Assembly (NCBI GenBank): GCA_028534125.1
Contig: CM052817.1
Coordinates: forward strand, 95,358,001 to 95,422,000
Length of the DNA stretch: 64,000 nt
DNA from: Lama glama
Lineage: Eukaryota
Direction: 5' to 3'
The notes under the pieces are model-generated. The model ran no database searches and was not told the origin of the DNA. It saw only the letters and a program-made list of their open reading frames with translations. A program made the position numbers and the translations under genes. This document shows positions 1 through 12,520 of the stretch, piece after piece. Each line of letters begins with the position of its first letter. Position 1 is the first letter of the stretch.

Positions 1-1280
1 CTACGCACAATGAAATAAATTTGATCAGAATTCCTGTCTTTGTAAGCAATGCCACAAGCAGCAAATATGACTGTGAAGCTGCTTATGTCTGCATCCCACC
101 TTAGTCTTCCTGACACATCTGGTCCTGTTGCAGATCTAGAAGTTACAGAAGAAAATTGCCACCACCCTCGTAAAATAGCCCGAAGATGCCAGTATCCCAG
201 CGATGAAACACCTTCTCGGATTCATACTAGTCAATGTATATATTGCAAGAGTAACTGGCTTATGCAATCATAGCCCAACATAGTATGGTAGCAATTTTAA
301 AATACATTTAAAATGCTCTTACATGTGCCTAAATTTCTGATTATTTACACTTTTCAGAATTATTGATCACACCAAAATGGGAATATGATGCAAAGTACCT
401 CAGAGAAAACCCAAAATAATTATTTTATCATTCTTTTCTAAATATCATAGCAAAACTAAACCCTTTGGTAATCAAAATCACGAGAAAGAAAAGAATCATA
501 AGAGCCAAGAAAATGTAAGTAATGAAAAAGACAGCAAAAGAGATAAAGACGACTAGGAGAATCCAGAACAAAAAAATCAGAAAGCAGCATAAAGTTGTGT
601 GGCACTTACATCTCAGTTTAAAAGAAAAAAAGAAATCCAGCAAAATTTTCAGTGTTTCTTCCTTTTTTTTTTTTTTAATTTCTCTAAATAACCAGTGGTT
701 CTTTCTTGAAGCACCTCAAGATGGTCATTGAAAACTGCAAACATAGAGAACCTGATTTTTTAATGCATTTGTAAAAAGTCAGCGGTTTGTAGTTAACTGA
801 GGACGGGTGTACACAGAAGATTGGAAGTGGCAGCTGTTTCCTGTTTCTTCAGAACGGGCTGCAGGTGATTTAATTCCAAATCACAGATGATTTCAGACTT
901 GGAACAACTTCCAGAGATCATCTTATCTATTTCCTCTCTTTACACACACACAAGCTGAGAACCAAGAAATTAACCAAGTTAATTGACTTGTCTGAGGTGA
1001 CATAAACTTAGTTACAGAATTGTCACTAGCATTTAAGTTCCTTGATTCTCAGCCTTGAGTACTTTCTAGTAAATCAGAGGGAAAAAAAGAAATCTCATTT
1101 TTTTTTCACTAAGTGCCTGTACCCCCAGCAAACCACAAGGTACTTCTAATAAATGAACAAAATTGTTTGCCCAAAATATTTCTTTAAGAGAAGAGCCATG
1201 AAAACATAAATATGTTTGGGGGTAAAGAATAGTGTAACTGGAGTGTCAGGCTGACTGAGGAGACATGAGAGAGAAGACAT

Positions 1281-1944
1281 AGTGTGATTCTCAAGGCGTG
1301 GTCTGGGGACCTGGACACTTTTAAAGCATCTGTGAGATCAAAGCTCTTCACCATTCACACTGAGATGTTATTTCTCTTTTCACCCTCCTCCTGTCCAAGT
1401 ATACAGTGGAGTTTTTCAGAGGCTATATGACTGGGGATATCATAACAGATTGAATGCAGAAGCAGCTAGGAGAATGCAGCCGTCTTCTATTAAGTCAGAC
1501 ACTCGAGAGATTTATAAAAATGTGAAACAATGCCAATCTCTTCACTGATTTTTTTATTCATAAAGTGTGGTATTTATGTTAACGTGCAATGAGTTTGTTA
1601 TTATTTTTAAATATGTAAGTAAATGTTTTTAAAGTTCCTTCAGTCTTGCCTTCCAACACAAGGGGAGGGAATAAAGTGTGTGCTCAGTGGTAGAGTGTGT
1701 GCTTAGCATGCACGAGGTCCTGGGTTCAATCCCCAGTACCTCCATTAGAAAAAAAAATTAAAAAATAAAATAAATAAATCTAATTACCCCCCCAAAAATG
1801 AACAAAACAAAAAAATTTTTTTAAACTGACTTCCAATACAGTAAATAGTGGTAGATGTTGCCCTTATAAATGAAAGCTCTTTGGGGTTCTGAAGAATTTT
1901 TAAGTGTGAAAAGGGATCCTGAAAGAGAAGTTGGAGAATGGCTG
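1281..1944 (+). mobile_element. hAT-Charlie DNA transposon relic (Charlie4a-like), interrupted by a SINE
   Basis: Degenerate termini GTGATTCTCAA...TTGGAGAATGGCTG. Internal TACAGTGGAGTTTTTCAGAGGCTA...ACAGATTGAATGCAGAAGCAG...GTCTTCTATTAAGTCAGAC matches the Charlie4 consensus as I recall it. Confidence 0.7.
1662..1825 (+). mobile_element. Camelid tRNA-derived SINE (Vic-1 type)
   Basis: GGGGAGGG..GCTCAGTGGTAGAG (A box), GGTTCAATCCC (B box), CAGTACCTCC, A-rich tail with CTAATTACCCCCC. Degenerate TSD TTCCAACACA (1651-1660) / TTCCAATACA (1831-1840). Confidence 0.85.
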
Positions 1945-1984
1945 TTACAGAAGATTTCTGAAACTGTGTGGAAGGACTTGTCTT

Positions 1985-2900
1985 TCAGTCACAGGCAGTG
2001 GCTTATCACTGAAGAGTTTTGAACAGGGAGGTGTAAGGTGGGAGTGAGGATTTTGGGAACTTACTTGATATATTTGTGGGTAGAAGGACCATAAAGTGGA
2101 GAGATGAAGATAAAACAAACTGGAGGCTGTAAAGATGCAGTTGAGCAGCAGTGAGATGCTGGGAGTAGGTGGAAGAAATAGGCAAAAAGGTCCAGCAGTA
2201 GAATCCATGCGAGAGACAGCTGGAGGGACTCAAGGGGCACTGGGGAGGAAGATGAATAGCGTGGCCCTTGTTGACCGAGAGAGTGGTGGTACCATTAACA
2301 GAAATAAGGACATGGGGAGGAAGATGTGTTTTTAGGTGGTGTGAGTTTAAGCTTTGATATGTTAACCTTGAGGTAAAATCGTGAATCAGACAAGCAGATA
2401 GTTGGGGATGTGGAATTGGAGTTTGAGAGAGATTAGTCCAGGTTGGACATGTGGAGTTGAGTGGTATCTGAGACTGTGAAGACATTCCCCAAGGAGGCAC
2501 TGGGGGAGAGAGAGAGAGAGAGAAAGAGGGAGAGAGAGATTGGGAACAGAAGACCCAGAGGGATAGCAATAGAGTGGGGGTAGCTCAGGTCACAAAAGCA
2601 GAGGAAAAACTTAGATTTTTGGATTTTGCAATGTCTCAGAAGCCACGAAGGGAGTGTTTCTTAGGAGAAAAAAAAAAAAAAGTGAATGGCCCCAGAAGCC
2701 CATGCTGAGAGAATTTCTGTGATTAAGAGATGTCTCAGGAAACTTCACATGTCATTTTATTGGAGTGGTGCATGCAAGGCAGATCTCAAGGGGCCGAGGA
2801 ATGATGTGGGCTGAGAAAGTCTAAAAGGAAGCAAGAGAACAGAGTGAGAGAATATGGCAGCCTGCTCAGAGAATGGAGGAGCTCTCTGAGGATGAAGATA
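1985..2900 (-). mobile_element. LINE-2 fragments
   Basis: Purine-rich antisense L2 hallmarks (GAAGAGTTTTGAACAGGGAG, GGAGTTTGAGAGAG..GGAGTTGAGTGGTATC). Contains a (GA)n tract at ~2505-2538. Confidence 0.55.
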
Positions 2901-3809
2901 TTCAGAGAAAGAGCAGAGATCCCAGATACTCTGGAGTCAGAAAGAGGTAGTCTGAAAAAGAGGAAAAAGATTGAATAGTGCCTAGAAAATGAGTGGCTAG
3001 AATGGGGAAAAAAGACGTGTGACAGTGTCAAAGGCAGCAAAAGTCTTAGGGAAACTTGGACTGGAGGAGATCACAGTGCATGCCCTGATTCTATTCCTGC
3101 CAAAAACAAAAACAAAACACAAAAAGCTTGTAGATATAGAAAACTTCTGGAGTTTTACAGTAGTAAACTTTCAAGAGCAGTTTCCTCTGACAAGTAGGAC
3201 TTGGGGAGACTTTATTTTTGCATATTCTTCTGTATAATTGGAAAATTTTCAGTTTCTTTAATCATGAGTTTACATTTCTTTTATAATTAAAAATATTCAT
3301 AATTTTTAACAAACTGTGTCAAAGCCACAATTTTAAACAATCTATCCCTGAAAAATAATGAGGAAAATAAGATATCTCTCACTTATTACTCTATATATTT
3401 CTATTTTAGAATTTCAAATGTGCATAACTTCTTCTATAATTTAAAAATTTTAAGACTTTCAAAATATTGTCACAAGGAGGAAAACAAATAGTTGGGGCTG
3501 CATTCTGTGATGCTCAGCATTTAGTTCTGGACCCGAGGATATAAAGTCCCTGTCCTTGGAGCTTAAAGAGATAGGACAGAAGGCAAAATAGCATCTAAGT
3601 TCTAACCCAGTGTACAGAGTGAAAACATCATGGCACAAATTATAACGCCATTGGAACTGATAAGAAAAGAGTAATTTGACACTTTCAAGAACAGCGTCAG
3701 TGGGCTATAGGGGACATCAGGTTTTAGGAATTAAGAAAAGGTGGGTGATGGTGAAAAGGAGGCATCAAGGGTAGACCACTCAACTGAAATCATTGTTGGA
3801 ACAAAAAGC

Positions 3810-4045
3810 CCTTTACAGTGAAGTCATTAGGAGTGTGTGCTCTGGGGCCAGGATGCTCGGGTATGAATCCTGGCTTCACTTCTTCGTGTTGGATAGTCTC
3901 GGGCAAGTCACTTAACCTTAAATGGGGATAACTGTAGTATCTGCCACATAAAGTCTCATGAGAATTAATTGTGATGCTGTATGTAAAACATTTAGCTGAG
4001 TGCCTGGCATATGGTCAGCACTCAATAAATATTGGTTATTTTTAC
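3810..4045 (+). mobile_element. MIR SINE
   Basis: GAATCCTGGCTTCACT..GGGCAAGTCACTTAACC..AAATGGGGATAA core and GTGCCTGGCATATGGTCAGCACTCAATAAATATTGG 3' end. Confidence 0.75.
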
Positions 4046-5094
4046 TCATCAAGTTACATCTGTATCTATTATCAAACATAAATGTGGTAACCTTGGGCCT
4101 CTAAGAATTTGAGAATAGTTCCTGGAAAGATATAGCTTCATTGTACAGGAGGATTTAAAAGACCCTCTAAGTTATGAAAATGTGAGACAGACAGGCCATC
4201 CTCGGCAGTGAAAGTTTGCGTGTAGGTGTAAGTATGTAAAATGGGTGTGTTTGTTGCTTAGCAACATGTGCTTTCCCACTTTTTACATGTAATGGGGAGA
4301 TCCCTTGTTGGGTTGTGCCCAGGTGGTCCCATGCAGGCAAAGGTGCAGCCGGGGGTGAACCCGCCCCCACGGGGAAGACTTACTCCAGCACAACAGGAGG
4401 CTGGGTCTGCTTTCTTCTCCAGCGTGGCCACTTGGCACTGTGCAAAGCCTTAGGGGGAAATGGCTGAGTATGAGTGTGATCTAAAAGAGCATCCTCAGAG
4501 CTCAAGGGGACACTGTCCAGGTGACGGGAAGAAAAGGGCTGAATCAATAGCAGTATTGTAACCACCGTGAACAAATTTCCTGCCATCAGAACGTGCACAA
4601 CCCCCTGTAACCTCACGTGGCAGAGACCCAAGCCCTGGCGTCAGTGGACTGCTCACTCTTCCTGGTTTTCTCTCCCTTCCTGGCTTTTTGCAACAGGACC
4701 AGTCTTTTTTTGAACTGAGTCCCTAGTGTTCCTACCCAAGTAGGTCGGTTGGGGGAAGCCTTGGGAAATAAAGAGACTTCCTGTCACTGAGGGCTGGTGG
4801 GTACCCGAGCAATAAACTGAACAAAGAGAAGTAAGGTGATCGTGTTCGCCCTCCAACCTAGTAACGTGGATCATTCCAGATACCCCACTGACCTGGATTT
4901 CTACAAAGTGAGTCATTTCCCTCACCGTCTTTCTCAAAATTTCTTAAGTGTATTCCCGTAACACCTGCAGTTAAGCCCAATGTTTCTGGGAATATAAGAA
5001 GCAAAGCATCTAACCTATCACTGAGAAAAACAGCCTTGGAGGGGAGTAATGAGAGCTTTGAGAACAGGAAATCTGCATGTACGAGTCTGGTTCT

Positions 5095-5273
5095 TTTTAT
5101 AGTATTATTATTATTATTATTAAAGTATAGTCAGTTTACAGTGTTGTGTCCATTTCTGGTGTACAGCACACTGCTTCAGTCATACATGAGCATACATATG
5201 TTCCTTTTCATATCCTTTTACTTTGTAGGTTACTACAAGATATTGAGCACAGTTCCCTGTGCTGTACAGCGTT
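5095..5273 (-). mobile_element. 5'-truncated young L1 3' end (camelid/artiodactyl type)
   Basis: T-rich/(TTA)n tail then AAGTATAGTCAGTTTACA..TGGTGTACAGCA..AGTTCCCTGTGCTGTACAG. Near-TSD AGTCTGGTTCT / AGTCGGTTCT. Confidence 0.8.
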
Positions 5274-6153
5274 AGTCGGTTCTGCTGCTTCTTCCTTACA
5301 TCCCAGCATGCTGTCTGTTTGAGACCAGCTCACAGGACGTTTGCAGGATCCCCTAGGTTGGCTGTTCCGTGAAAGCAAGAGTACCGCGTTGCTTATTGAC
5401 CTATAAGAGGGCCAGATAGAAGCTCAGTAAATATTTATTAAACAAACAAATGAATCTACTGAGCTAACGGACATGAAAGTATCCAAGCACGACTATGGAG
5501 GATTGAAGATTGATGAGGGTTCATTTCTGTCCATTGAAAACACTCGTTGGGAGGGAGAAGTTCCTCAGAGAGGATTCGTGGGAGGAAGGAACACATTAAT
5601 ACAAATACACCAGGGAGAAAGCTTGTGTGATGGAGGGCTTCCATCTAGGTCCCTCTGAGCTAAATTGAGCCAAAGAACATTTGCTTGCTGATAAGTGTCC
5701 CTACCAAGAGGAAATAGAGAGCTTCAAAGAAGGGAAAGTAAATCTCAATTTTCTGGGCCCGATGCCAGATATTACAGCACATTAAAGATGACAGACAAAG
5801 GAGACAACACCTTAAGACCTATTCCAGATTGTATATTTTCCTCCCTTTGTGGGTTAGCCGGCGTTGAGCAATGTGTGTCCAGGAAGTAATAGAGTAGGTG
5901 GGGAAAGATGTTTTCGGCGTTCTCTCTGTAATTTTAGGAACCACACTGTCAGGGAGGCTTGAGGTCTAAGTCATGTTATGATGTCTAGACTATGTGAGAA
6001 GAAATGGGACGACGGTAAGATGTTACTTATCCAAGGATGACTGGGGCTGGACGTGCGTTAATGATTTGATTTCCCCCAGAGTGACTGAAAAGGTCAGGGT
6101 AGCCTCTACTCTCTGGGAAAGAAGAATATTTTATCATTGATTTTAAAAAATGA

Positions 6154-6370
6154 GGGGGCGTGTATAACTCAATGGTAGAGAGCATGCTTAGCATGCCGGA
6201 GGTCCTGGGTTTAAACCCCAGTACCTCCATAGAAGGAAAAAAAAGACACAGAACGTGAGAATGAATATATGTATGCTCATGTATGACTGAAGCACTGTGC
6301 CGTACACCAGAAATTGATACAATATTGTTTAAACTGACTATACTTCAATAAAAATGCATATATTAAAAAA
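6154..6370 (+). mobile_element. Vic-1-type SINE head joined to an L1 3' tail (chimeric retroposon)
   Basis: tRNA-like head with A/B boxes (6154-6230), A-rich linker, then GAATATATGTATGCTCATGTATGACTGAAGCACTGTGCCGTACACCAGAAATTG..CTGACTATACTTCAATAAAA, the reverse complement of the L1 end at 5119-5204. Confidence 0.75.
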
Positions 6371-7049
6371 ATGTTACCTTGTTAGGAAACTATTTTTGCA
6401 GGTTTTCTGGGTTTGTACCATATTTTTTCCTTATGCAAATATTGAGAATAATCTAGTAAATCATTTGTGTCTTGCTGCCTGTAACATGGGGAATACATTT
6501 TGAAAAAATGTAGAATTTTGAAAAGGCATAGGGTTTCTCTAGCCTGAAAAGTTTACACCTAATTCACACAAGAGGGGAAGGCTGTCTGCAAAAGTGAGAA
6601 TTTCAAAGCATATGAGTTTGAGAGACTGAAAGAGCTACAGGCTCTACAGAAATCTTGAGTGGAAAAGCAAACACATTTAGAAAATTTACTCATACAGGGC
6701 TGCGGTTCTCACTACTGTAAAAGTAGAGGTAAAACCTAGCGGCAACAACATTTTACAATTTCCCTGCATTTCCTTGTTGTGAAAGGATCATTTAAATGTG
6801 TGAAAAGCAATTTTGCCAAAAGAATAAACCAGCAGAGAGACTGTTTTACACAATTACCATTATTGACATTAAGGAAACATAAATAGAATAAAGTCAACTA
6901 AATTAGAGCGTGTATTTGTCATATTTTTCAGGTTTGATTCTGTGTATTAGTTTATTATAAGTGTTTTGCTATAAACAATATATTGACCATTTAACAACAG
7001 AGACCTAGGGCCCAACTATTGAGTCTTCTATCTGAATTTAAAGTAACAC

Positions 7050-8720
7050 TTGGGAAATTACTTCATAGACAAATACATATTGAGTACCTGTTAGGTGGCA
7101 GATGCTGTCCTAGGTGTTTTGAACACATTGCTGAGTAACACCCAGGCACTTGCCTTGTAGCAGCTCATAATCCGGGGAGGAGATGCTCAAACAAAGCTGA
7201 TTCATAAAATAGGTAACAGTGAGCTCTTACCAAGCGCCAGCCAGCACTAAGCACAATTCTCACAATCTTATGTTGGAGGACTTATGAATCCATTTCATAG
7301 ATGAAGAAGCAAAGAACCTGAGTTTCTTGCCCAAGTCCACATGGCTAATCTGGCTCCAGAGCCCTTGAAGCACTTCTCCACTTAAGTGTGGTATATACAA
7401 CAATGGACATGCAAATGGTGAAGGACACAGAAACTTTGGACTGGGGTGGAGTTAACAACGAGGGAAATCTTCCTAGAGGAAGTCAGTGCAGGAGGAGGCC
7501 TTAAATGATAAATGAGCATTAAGATGATGATTGAGGTGAGGTGAGGCAGGCGGAAGCCAGCCCATGGAGAGGTCTCTGTACCTTCCTAAGGAGCCTGGGC
7601 TTTTCTCTGTTTTCAGGGAGATTCTACAGAAAGGCTGTGAGCTGAGAAACAACATGGCCAGGCCTACTTTACTTGCATCTCTCCCATGGTTTTTCAGAGC
7701 AGTGGATCTCAGACTCGGGCATGCGCACATGGGCACCAGCATCACAGGAGGGCTTTTAAAACACATGGCTGGGCCCCATGCCCCGTGTTTCTCATCCCAT
7801 AGGCTTGATGTGAGGCCCGAGAACTTGCATTTCTAACCAATTCCAAGTGACGCTGCTGCGGCTGCAGGCACCGCATGTGGAGAACTCCACTGGCATTTTG
7901 GAGGATGTATTTGAAGGGGGCAAGGCTAGAGACCACTTAAGAGGCTAATATCAGTCATTTTGGAAATTTGGGAAATAAGACATATCAGGAATCCAGGAAT
8001 TTAGGAAATAAAGTAAAATCTAGTTTTACTGTTATTATTTTCAACATAAAGCTTTATGTGCAAATAATAAATGCTTTTCAATTAAAAAAAATCTAGACCT
8101 AGAGTCTAAGCTTTAAGAGAGATTTTGTCTAGCGTATTTAATTCGGTACGTCTACCACCTGGACTAGTCTGGCACGTAGCAAGTGCTCAAAAACATTCAC
8201 TGAATAAATTAAGTGGATAATAGATTCAGGAAATACTCAGGAGATAAAATGAACATTCCCTGATGATATAGGAGTAAGATAGAAAAAAGACTGACTCCCA
8301 GGTTCCTACCTCGGATGACTATGAGCGATGCCGTGAATAACGACAGATATTACAGGATGAAGGGCAACTTTGGGGTGGAGATGGTGATCTGTTTTAGATA
8401 TGTTGCATTTGAAGAATGTGTGAGAGTTCCAGGAGAATAAAATCATTAGACAGCGGGATGTGTGAATCCAAAGCCCAGAGAGTGAGAGCTCTGGGCCGGA
8501 GATACCAGTTTGGAACCCACTGGCAGGTGGATATTTGGGAGGTAGTCATATATTGCTGAATGAAATTGCTCAAGGGGAGCAGGTGGAGGGAGAAGAGTGA
8601 AGCATCACGTTTTATGTATCAGATCAAGAAGAGGGAGCACTGAAAAGACGGACAAAGGAGATGGTCGGAGACGTAGAAGAGAACTGGGGGAGTGCACTGT
8701 CATGGGAGCCACGGGATTTT
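7050..8720 (-). mobile_element. LINE-2 fragments with nested MIR and MER5A; resume at ~10930-11400 after the L1ME insert
   Basis: ATATTGAGTACCTGTTAGGTGGCAGATGCTGTCCTAGG antisense L2 3' end; GTTTTAGATATGTTGCATTTGAAG and TTCATTGGACTTGGCAATATGAAGGTC L2 body motifs. Confidence 0.6.
7700..7892. mobile_element. MER5A-like hAT-Charlie MITE
   Basis: CAGTGGATCTCA...GAGAACTCCACTG inverted termini; internal GAGAACTTGCATTTCTAACCAATTCCAAGTGA. Confidence 0.75.
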
Positions 8721-8729
8721 GTTGTTTGG

Positions 8730-10670
8730 TTGTTTTACTTTTTATTATATAAAATTTTAAACATAAAAAAAGAGTGGAAAGAATAACACAGTGATTTCTC
8801 ATACAGCCGTCAATAATGGCCAACTCACAGCCACTTTTATTTTACTTACATCTCCACCCTCTCCCTCCTGCCAACTAAACCATATTATTTTTTAAACAAA
8901 TAATAGGCATCATATTAGTTTATTAGCAAATGTTTCACTATACTTCTCTAAAAGATAAGACCTCTTTCAAAAAATAGCCCAGTAATACCATTATCTCACT
9001 GAAGACCATCAATTCCATAATGTCATCAAATTTTCAGTCAATATCCAAAATTCCTCAACCATCTTATAATTTTTTTTTGGTTTTACAATTTTTTTTTTGT
9101 ATTGAAGCAAGAGACAAATAAAGTCCAAACAATGCAATTAGTTGATATTTCTCTTAGCTCTCTTTAATCTACAAGTGTCCACTCTACTCCCCTAATTTTT
9201 CCCTTGGCTACTTATTATTTATTGAACAAACTGGGTCCTGTAGAATTTTCCACATTCTAGATTTTGCTGAATGTGTTCTCATCGTGTCATTAAATATATT
9301 CTTTTATCTACTTTATTTCCTGTGTATTGGTAATTTAGGCCTAGAGGTGAGGCTTGACTAATTTAGGTTCCATCTTTTGACAGGAATAGCTTCATAGGCG
9401 GTCTTGTGCGTTTCTGGTTCTCTCTCTCTTTTTATGACAGAACAATCACTGATGATCATTATCTAGATAACATTATTTCATCAGGGATTACCAAAAAATT
9501 CTGATTCTATCTTTTTTTTCATGTATTCCTTTTTTTCCATTCATTAATTGAAATACTTTTATAAAGAGAAACTTTCCCACGTCTACTACGTGACCACCCT
9601 GTGGTCTGGTTATACGAGAAAGGCAGGAAAGAATGCTTCATCTTTTCTTTTTATTTACCATTTTTCAATATAATAATGTGATTCCCTAGCATTTCATGGG
9701 GAATGCTTTCAAAGCATTTTTACATCATTTATTTAAATATTTTACATGTTTCAGTGTATTGTAGTTATTATTAATGTACAAATTGCCCCATCTTTGGCCC
9801 ATAGGGACTTAAAAAATTTGGTTCCTGAGTTTTCTGAAATAACTCCAGTAACAATTGCTAGCTTTCTTGCATTCTGGTATGACAAAATGTTTTATTGTCA
9901 TTTCATACGTTTGTTGCTCCAGATCTAGATTCAGTTATTGCTCAAAAAAGAGAAAAAACTTTTAAGGGGTAATGGTATCCAAAGACCACAATCTGGGTGC
10001 TGAAGATGCTCATTGCTGTTGCATTTGGTAATTATTTTTAGGACTTCTTCCTCAAATGAGCCAGGGAATATGTATTTTTAGACAAAATGCACCATGAGTT
10101 CAGATTGATAACCCCATTTCTAAACTCGATTAAGCATCTTTAATTAAATTAGTATTTGTATTGCTTTTCTCTTACACTGAAAATCTTGGTTTGCAACAAT
10201 GTTAAAACAATTACTTTTTAAATATATTTTAGGATAATTTCAGAATAAAACTGCCCAATATTATTACTAATAACATGACTACTGAAAATAACTGAAGATT
10301 TTGTTTAGTTCTTTTTGTCCTTAAACTATATCCCAATAAGGATTTACAATCCAATTGCTATATTTTTTGTCAAATAATTCACCGCTGTGTGTTTATGTTA
10401 TAGTCCTGATTTATAGTTAGGTTCATTTGTTTCATTTTGATTTGAGTTCTTATTGATTCTTTTTAAAAATTACTTTTGCTTTGTAACTTGGTAAAACATT
10501 TCCATGGTTCCAAAGTCAATTTTACAAATAGAGTATTTTCAGAGGAATCTAGCTTCCATCTCTGTTTTCTCCAATTTATCCTCTGTCTCCCTTATACGTA
10601 ACTTAAAAAAAAAAAGTTTTGGTTTATCCTTGTATTATTGTTTTGCGATGGGCAAATATAGATAGATAGG

Positions 10671-10716
<46 letters not shown>

Positions 10717-10930
10717 TTCATCTCTCTCTACTTTCTTGAAATAGATGATAATATACTATACATACTTTTCTTCACCTTACTCTTTCACTTAACAAAATAA
10801 CCTGGAGATTACCCCCATGCAGCATATAGAAAATAGCCCTGATTCCTTATTACAGCTCCAAAGTATTCCATTATGTTAATTCAACTAGCCCTCTAGGAAT
10901 GGATACTTGGGTTGTTTCCAGTCTTTTACA
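8730..10930 (-). mobile_element. Ancient L1 (L1ME-type) 3' region
   Basis: Begins TTTTATTATATAAAATTTTAAACATAAAAAAAGAGTGGAAAGAATAAC; long AT-rich 3'UTR-like tract; ends GGATACTTGGGTTGTTTCCAGTCTTT. Confidence 0.6.
10659..10716. repeat. (GATA)n tetranucleotide microsatellite
   Basis: About 14 TAGA/GATA units with one TAGG interruption. Confidence 0.95.
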
Positions 10931-11619
10931 AAGCCAAAGGCTTTGAGAATGAAGGAATGACTAGTAGCGCCCAATGCATCTGAGCCACCCAAGAGAAGAC
11001 ATTAAAGTATTCATTGGACTTGGCAATATGAAGGTCCATGAAATCGTAACCAGGGCTAAGATGTAGATACACAACCTACCAGCAGTATGCAGTGGCCTCG
11101 CTTCGCAAGAATAGTTTCAGTGTCATGGTGCAAACTGAGATCAGATTACAGTGGGTCACTGGGTGAATGTGAGAAAATTATACAGTAGGAAGTATAAACT
11201 GCTCTTTGAGGAATTTGGACAAGAAGGGACACAAAGTTATAACTAGGTAAGTATTTGGAAACAAGAAGGGTTTTAGTTTGTGGCTTTGTTTTATACACGT
11301 ATGAATGTTTGTGCAAATATGATTTTAGAATAGAAAATAGCACAGCCTGTTTACTGTTTGGGGGAAGGAGCCATACAGGGAAAGAGTTAGAATGGGAGGG
11401 AAAAAAAGGTGTTGATGGCAGAGAAATGCTGTAACTCTATATTTTTGAAGAGAAGACTCTTGAGGTTGTTGAAAGTATGATTGGAAAATACAAGCATGTC
11501 ACAGACATCTTTAAAAATATATATATTTCCTGAAATTTATAGAAACTCAAGTCACCATGAAAAGGCAACGTTCTCTGGCCTGATCCTTATCCCCTTGACA
11601 CTTATAGTAAAAGAAGCAT

Positions 11620-12200
11620 TTATCCTTACTACAGCATTCTACCATCTTTGGGTCATCATATCACAACTGCCAAGTCCAAGGCCCTGTCTTCTCTTGGGAC
11701 CGATGTAGTAGCCTCCTAACTGACCTACCTCTTTCACTCTTGATCTTTCTGTAGTTCCCACTTTTCTGCAGAGAAGCCAGGAAAATGTAGCTCAAATCTT
11801 CTTTCTCCCCTGCTTTTAATCATTCAGTGACTCCCTATTACAGTTAGAAAAAAACTCCAAAGTCTTTGTGAAGGTCTACAATGACAATCTGTAACTTCTT
11901 CAGCCTCCTTCTCATTGTCCACATCTTCGCTCAAAGCTCTTCCCTCAAAAAGGCCTTCTCCGGCTGCCCTACCTAAAACAGAAGCTGCCCACTCCCCGAA
12001 GTCAGTCATTCACATCACCCTGTCTTATTGTCCTCATAGTTTAAATGATCACATCTTATCCTGTATTCCTTTGTTCATTGTCTATCTCCCCAATTAAAAT
12101 ACGTGCCAACTGAAAGGAAAAGCTCTTTGTTCGCTGTGGTAACCCCAGTGCCTTAAACAATGCCCAGCATATGGTAGCCACTCAACCTATATTTTCTGAC
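11620..12200 (+). mobile_element. LINE-2 3' fragment
   Basis: GTAGCCTCCTAACTGACCT..CAGTGACTCCCTATTAC..CCCCAGTGCCTTAAACAATGCCCAGCATATGGTAG, typical of the L2 3' end. Confidence 0.65.
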
Positions 12201-12361
12201 TATGTTAATATTGTTCTTTGCCTTTTGCAAGGACCTGCTATGCAAATTTTCACATCTTTTTACCTTTTATTTTCTCTCCTTTGGTTTTACACAAAGCATT
12301 TCAATTTAATAGTGATGACCTTGGAGAATCAATACAACTGCAGAAACATTGAAGTGGACTT

Positions 12362-12520
12362 CTTTTATTGAAGTATGGTCAGTTCACAATGTTGTGTTAG
12401 TTTCTGGTGTACAGCACAGTGGTTCAGTTATACATATATATATTCCTTTTCATATTCTTTTTCATTATAGGCTATTACAAGATATTTATAAAGTTCCCTG
12501 TGCTACGAAATAGGACCTCG
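12362..12520 (-). mobile_element. 5'-truncated young L1 3' end
   Basis: TTTTATTGAAGTATGGTCAGTTCACAATGTTGTGTTAGTTTCTGGTGTACAGCA..AGTTCCCTGTGCTAC. Degenerate TSD TTGAAGTGGAC / TTGAAATGAAC. Confidence 0.8.

Noticed and set aside
49..290. 74-aa ORF with Cys pairs, vaguely like a piggyBac C-terminal Cys-rich domain
   Set aside because: The resemblance needs a frameshift, no family is recognisable and the window edge truncates the context. A tBLASTn/Dfam search would settle it.
428..731. Hydrophobic (minus) and Lys-rich (plus) ORFs
   Set aside because: They are a compositional artefact of an A-rich tract.
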